Assembly (NCBI GenBank): GCA_000708835.1
Contig: DF237012.1
Coordinates: 186,001 to 250,000, forward strand
Reading direction: 5' to 3'
DNA: 64,000 nucleotides
DNA from: Klebsormidium nitens
Lineage: Eukaryota > Plantae > Klebsormidiophyceae
Part shown: positions 59,392 through 64,000 of the stretch, one piece after another
Layout: every line of letters starts with the position of its first letter
How positions within the stretch are numbered: the first letter of the stretch is position 1
The notes under the pieces: model-generated
Told to the model about the DNA's origin: nothing
Database searches by the model: none
What the model saw: only the letters and a program-made list of their open reading frames with translations
Translations under genes and position numbers: made by a program

Positions 59392-62300
59392 CTAATTGAA
59401 CCCTCCATTTACACACGCATCGCTGCCCACGATGTGCGGCCGCGCCAAGACTTCCCAAAATCCTCTCAGCTTCACGTCCCCGGCCGTTCCGCCAATCCGT
59501 TCCGCTTCCGCTTTTCCGTACACGATCCCTCCAATCGTCGCGAACGCCGTTCCGCCCGACCACTCCGCTTCCGCACTGGCAGTTCCGTAGGTCGCTTGAT
59601 AGCACGCCGCGGCGTTGAGGTGCCTCTCCTCTAGTTTTGGCTTCTTACTCGGATCTTCGTTTTCTCGCGCACTCACGGGTGGGCCTTCGTCGAGTCGCTC
59701 CCGAAAATGCGCGAGCAGCGCCTCGAAGGCAGCGCCCACGCGCTCCTGCCGTTCCGTCTTTTCCTTCCTTGACTGCGCCGTCCGTGTTCCGCTTCCGCTG
59801 CCCCCCTTCCTGCCCTGAACTCCGGGCCTGGAACCAGACTTTTCCGGATAGAATTCCGGCCGCTCCGACGTGTCCGCTCCAACGCGAGGAGCTTCGCGCA
59901 TTACATCTTCACCCTCCGTCCTCTCGTCTCTGCTTCTGGTCTCGCTACGTCTACCTTTCCGCCCCCCTCCCAAGTCCATTTTCCCGATTGTGTCTCCCAC
60001 TTCTGTCACCCCCAATCTGTCGACCTCCATATCTCCATTCTCATCTTCCAAACATGTTCCTCTTCCTTTTGGCTCAACGTCACTGCCTGTCATCTTTCCT
60101 TCTTCGTCCTCCAGAGTTACCTCGTCGCCATCTTCCGCCTCCGCCTCCCCCTCACCCAGTTCCGCTCCGTCCAGCTCTGTTCCGGCCGAATCAAAACTGG
60201 CAGCCCCCACGATCAGATCCTCCTGGGCCTGGAGCCCATAAGTGTCCATCAATTCCAATACGCTGCTGTCGTACTCCGCCTTCAGGCCACGTGCCCAATT
60301 CAGGCGCGCGTCGCTCACGCTGACGTCACGGAACTCTGCCTCGTCCGCGGGCGCCGGGCCGTGCGTGACGTCAGCCGGGTAGAAAGCCGCGCGGTTCCAT
60401 TCTGCGGTGTCCAAGGCGCGGAAGAGCTTCCCTGAGAAGAAGGAGTGAAGCTTCGAATAGGTCGATTTTTGATTTGCAACAAACTTCTGCTAAAATAGGA
60501 AGACAGCAGTCTGGAATTTTTTGTCGAGAAAGCTTCCAATCAGGTAAGTCTAACGAATGATGAACGCTGGTATCTGCTGAGGCATATAGAAGTCCCTACA
60601 GAATTGCGAACCCGCCAGTGACACCCCAGAAAACACTAATCAAATGCTCCGCAGCCGCACCTTCCTAGCCCCCTAACTCACTTCACCGCCCCAGGGCTTC
60701 GACGTTACCGTGCAAGGGGCTTACCCTTTGTAAAATTCAATAGAAATAAGGCCTTACCTGGATGTATTCGACTGCGGGGATCATGCGGCTGCGGCGCTTC
60801 CTGACAAGAGTCGAGGCTTGAGGGTCTTTGGAACAAGAAGTACAAGAGAGCATAGCATAAGGAGAAGTGATTGGAGGGGACCGTATCAGTGGTGGTAACA
60901 GTGGTGGTAAAGCTGCCACGTCTTCAGGATTTCACTCATTCGAACGAAACAATGTGAGTAACTCCGCACGCGTGCTTGAAAACGCGACACCTCGGCCTGG
61001 TTTCTGACATAAACCATTGGTGCCACTCCCTCCGCTTGGACAAAGGCTCGCTGTCATAGGAGCCGGCTTGCGACTCAGCTTCAGCCTTGCAAACCGGGTC
61101 ATGTAGTATACTCCAGGTTAAGACCGTACTCTTAGAAGTGTTACTGAAGACCGGATTGTCCCTGTAAGAAACGTGACGTCAGCGCCGGGCACTCACCGAG
61201 CGCGTTCTGGCTCGCGTAGCTCTCCTCGCCGCGCTTCTGCATGAAGTCGGGGTACGCGCGCGGCCGCAGCTCCGCGGGCAACACCACGCTAAACCCCGAC
61301 TTGACGAAGTTGCTCGCGTCGAACGCCATCTGCGCGAGGCGCGCGCAGTCGGGGTCGTTCGCGCCGCGCGGCCGCGCGTCGCAAAGCGCCATATGGGCGA
61401 CGCAGATGGCGCCTAGGTTGTCCTCGCGCCGGTGCTTCAGCTGGAAGAACCGGTCATCCTGAGGAAAAACGGGTTATAGAAAATAAAACCCAGGGTTAGG
61501 TTGAAGGGTCTGGCAATTCTCAAATGCCACGATGTCAGCGTGTCTAGAAAGCTTGGTTGTCTTAGGCCCCCTGATGACTCTTTGCTGATGATCCGGTTTC
61601 CGAGATAAGTTTCACAAAATCATACGCGTATCGAGCTCCGAACTCCAGAGAAGCACCCTTTACGAGGCGTTTTGGAGGGTACTGGATACTTAACTCAAGC
61701 TCCCACGTGCTTCGTCAGGGCGCTTTGGAGTGTGCAGATCAATCCAGAAATGAGGCCGCTTCCCACCGACAATCAAACGAGTTCGCTCCCTCTTCTTCAT
61801 GTGCCTGAGCAGTTCTTCTGACGCCTTCGTCAGTAGATGACAAGTAGTACGTATAAGGTGTGTTACATTTGCCAACTAGCAATCATATCATGGGCGCATT
61901 AGACTTTGAGATAACTTAACGCAGAGGCTCTTCACCTGCACTGTCAGATTCCGGTCTTCCGGTGGCATCGGCGGACTGCTCTCGTACTTGAACGGCGGAA
62001 GCGACGTGTCGGGCACTAGTCTTTGGTCCCAGAAGACCCAGTACCTGTCGCCATCCTGCAAAGCAGTCAAACAATGGAACAATCTGACGACTATCTGAAC
62101 ACATTTATAGATGTCTTCAGAAAACGCAAAACAATCTCGTTCGTGTTGAACGTTGCTCATCCAGAGAATGTCGACGCAATCGTAGTTTTGGCTGGAGAGA
62201 ATCTCCTGGAGAAGATTCTGTATGCTTTCTCTTCTTCAATCTTCCAGGTAATGCACGTGTATATTTTGATGAACATTTGCGATGGAACAGAAATAGCGTC

Positions 62301-64000
62301 TTCTTTCTAGACAATCTGCTGTTCTTTCCTACAATTCATAAATCTCTCTTGAGGGCATCACTGACTTGTTTCCCCATCAACTTCTTGCATAAAGTTTCTG
62401 CTGTGAGTCTCCTCCCAATAAGCCAGGAAACATGTAGCATAACAATCAAAAAGACAGTAGATTGTTACGTTCAAGCGTTTAGATCCGACCAACGTCGGGG
62501 CACTCGGATTTTTTGCGTGCTGCATTTACTCACCAGGTCGCCGTTCGTCAAGTTCACCGATTCCGGCCTCTGCCGTCCCAACACCGAGAATACCACCACG
62601 TTCTCCACGTGATGCAGCTCAGGACAATCTACCGCCCGCAAAACCCGGACGTCCCCTGGGTGAAGCCCCGGGTTTCTGTAGACGATAACCCGCCCGGTAA
62701 CCACGCCCCGACCGCTCAGGCTCACAAAGATCTGCCCCGGCGCGAGCACCCTCAGCTCGTCCACGACGCCCAGTACGAGCGCGCCATCTGGCACGTAGAT
62801 GCGCGCGCGGTCGCGCAGCTCGCTGACGTGGCGCTCGCGCATGCGCGCGACCACGCGGCACTGGAAGGGGGACAGCGCGTCGGATGATGCTCCCGGCCGC
62901 GGCGCCAGGAGCGCGGCCGCCGGCGAGCGCGCGCCCACGAGCGCGCGGAGGGGCGCGGTAGTGCGCCCCGTCAGCATGACGTCGTCGAAGGTGCGAAGGT
63001 GCTCCGCTTGGAGGGTTTCGAAAACGCGCGCGGGAATGCCGCGCGCTTCGAGGAGCTGGATGAGCTGTCGGCCGAGGAAGGCGGGCTTTGGCGCGGACGC
63101 CCAGCTGATCACTTCGATCGTCCTGTGGTCCGACTGGAACTTGTCCATGCTCGGGCGGATTCCGACGAGGTTCCGCCCGGCCCAGGGCGGAAACACTTGG
63201 AGCATGCCCTTGCACCCCCCGAACCGGATCTGGAAAGCAGCGACGGACTTGGGGTTTTCCACTCCCGGCAGTTTTGCCGCTACCATTTCCGCGAGGTCTG
63301 GGGAGACGCGCCCGCATCCGTCCGCGAAACTCAAGCCGTGTCGAACGACTTCGTCCAGCGTCACGACTTCGTCCTCTTTCAGCGTTACAGTAGGAATTGT
63401 GGTAGAGAGAACCAGCCCCGGTCGGACGGCGTGCTTGGCGGCTTCCCGGATTCCGTCGAAGTCCCCCATGGCGGACCGGATCTGGTCGCGGGAAACGCTG
63501 CCCGGAAGGTCTTCCTCGGCGAACGCCCAGAAGGAGAACCCGCAGACCTGGCTCGCTGACGTGGCAAGCTGACGGTAGCGGCGCCCACCAAAAAGAAAGT
63601 CGATTTTCGAGAACCGGTCGTAAACGGCGCTTCTGGGCTCCCACCCGTCTTCCGGGGGGTTCCTCTCCCGGCTCTTCAGCGGCCCCCCCGACAGAAGTCC
63701 CCCGTCTTCGTCGCGGAAGGAAACTCTGAGGAACCGCCCTTCCTTGGATAGCTCGGGGTAACTTCTGAGCAACCGGTTGGAGGGTTCTGCGACCGGTAGA
63801 GAAGCGAAGGCTCTGCACGGGGTGATGACCAACCGGTAGACGAGTACCGTGTGCGGCGGCGGCGGGGCGCGCCGCGGGGGCAGGGTGTGGAGGCTTAAAA
63901 TGTCAGCCGTCATGCGCGACAGAGCCGCGGTCGGGTCCCAGATGCGCTTCCCCTGCGCGAAGAGCTTCCCGAGCCCAACCACAACTAGTTCCTCTCCCCC
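59392..64000 (-). CDS. RDR: Cellular RNA-dependent RNA polymerase (RDR, DLDGD type); 5' end lies beyond the window
   Basis: Exon 62534->64000 is open to the window edge: RFLRVSFRDE, FADGCGRVS, AFQIRFGGCKGML, IRPSMDKF, GVVDE, VYRNPGLHPGDVR, NGDL|. Exon 61936-62055 gives |DGDRYWVFWD, completing DLDGD. Exon 61197-61458 gives NLGAIC..AFDASNFVKSG..YPDFMQK..SY.SQNALG, and exon 59392-60431 starts |GKLFR. All phases are compatible. Confidence 0.93.

Noticed and set aside
62619-63818. 399-aa alternative-frame ORF and 257-aa antisense ORF over the RdRP
   Set aside because: Arg/Ala/Pro-rich shadows caused by high GC3; the RdRP frame holds all conserved motifs.
1-64000. tRNA/rRNA genes, intact transposons and specific promoters
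   Set aside because: None recognised by eye. TATA-like tracts such as ~8043 are too unspecific to call. tRNAscan-SE, Infernal and RepeatModeler were not run.

Overview
Eukaryotic, intron-rich nuclear DNA with GT-AG introns and six N-gaps. The gene content (RLK/Pelle kinase, plant-type SPP1 and BTB genes) and a TTTTAGGG motif suggest a streptophyte green alga such as Klebsormidium; this is an inference. Genes I could rebuild by hand: (-) a receptor-like kinase ending in a RING-HC finger; (-) sphingoid long-chain-base phosphate phosphatase; (+) an intronless protein with 10 C2H2 fingers, followed by an orphan RING exon; (-) a NOG1-family GTPase with a transit-peptide-like leader; (+) a Rubisco-LSMT-type SET protein with an N-terminal hydrophobic helix; (-) a very long BTB/POZ...CCCH protein; (+) a tandem pair of two-TM Cys-rich genes, the second a probable pseudogene; (-) a secreted lamin-tail-domain/DNase II fusion; (-) a 5'-truncated RNA-dependent RNA polymerase. 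Most striking pattern: introns of four unrelated genes hold degenerate tandem copies of the neighbouring splice junction (splice site plus flanking exon sequence), many with AG/GT and branch-like motifs intact ('splice-junction echoes'). Most striking protein: the bacterial-like LTD fused to DNase II, an enzyme generally reported absent from land plants. Exon boundaries are manual and may be off by a few bases.
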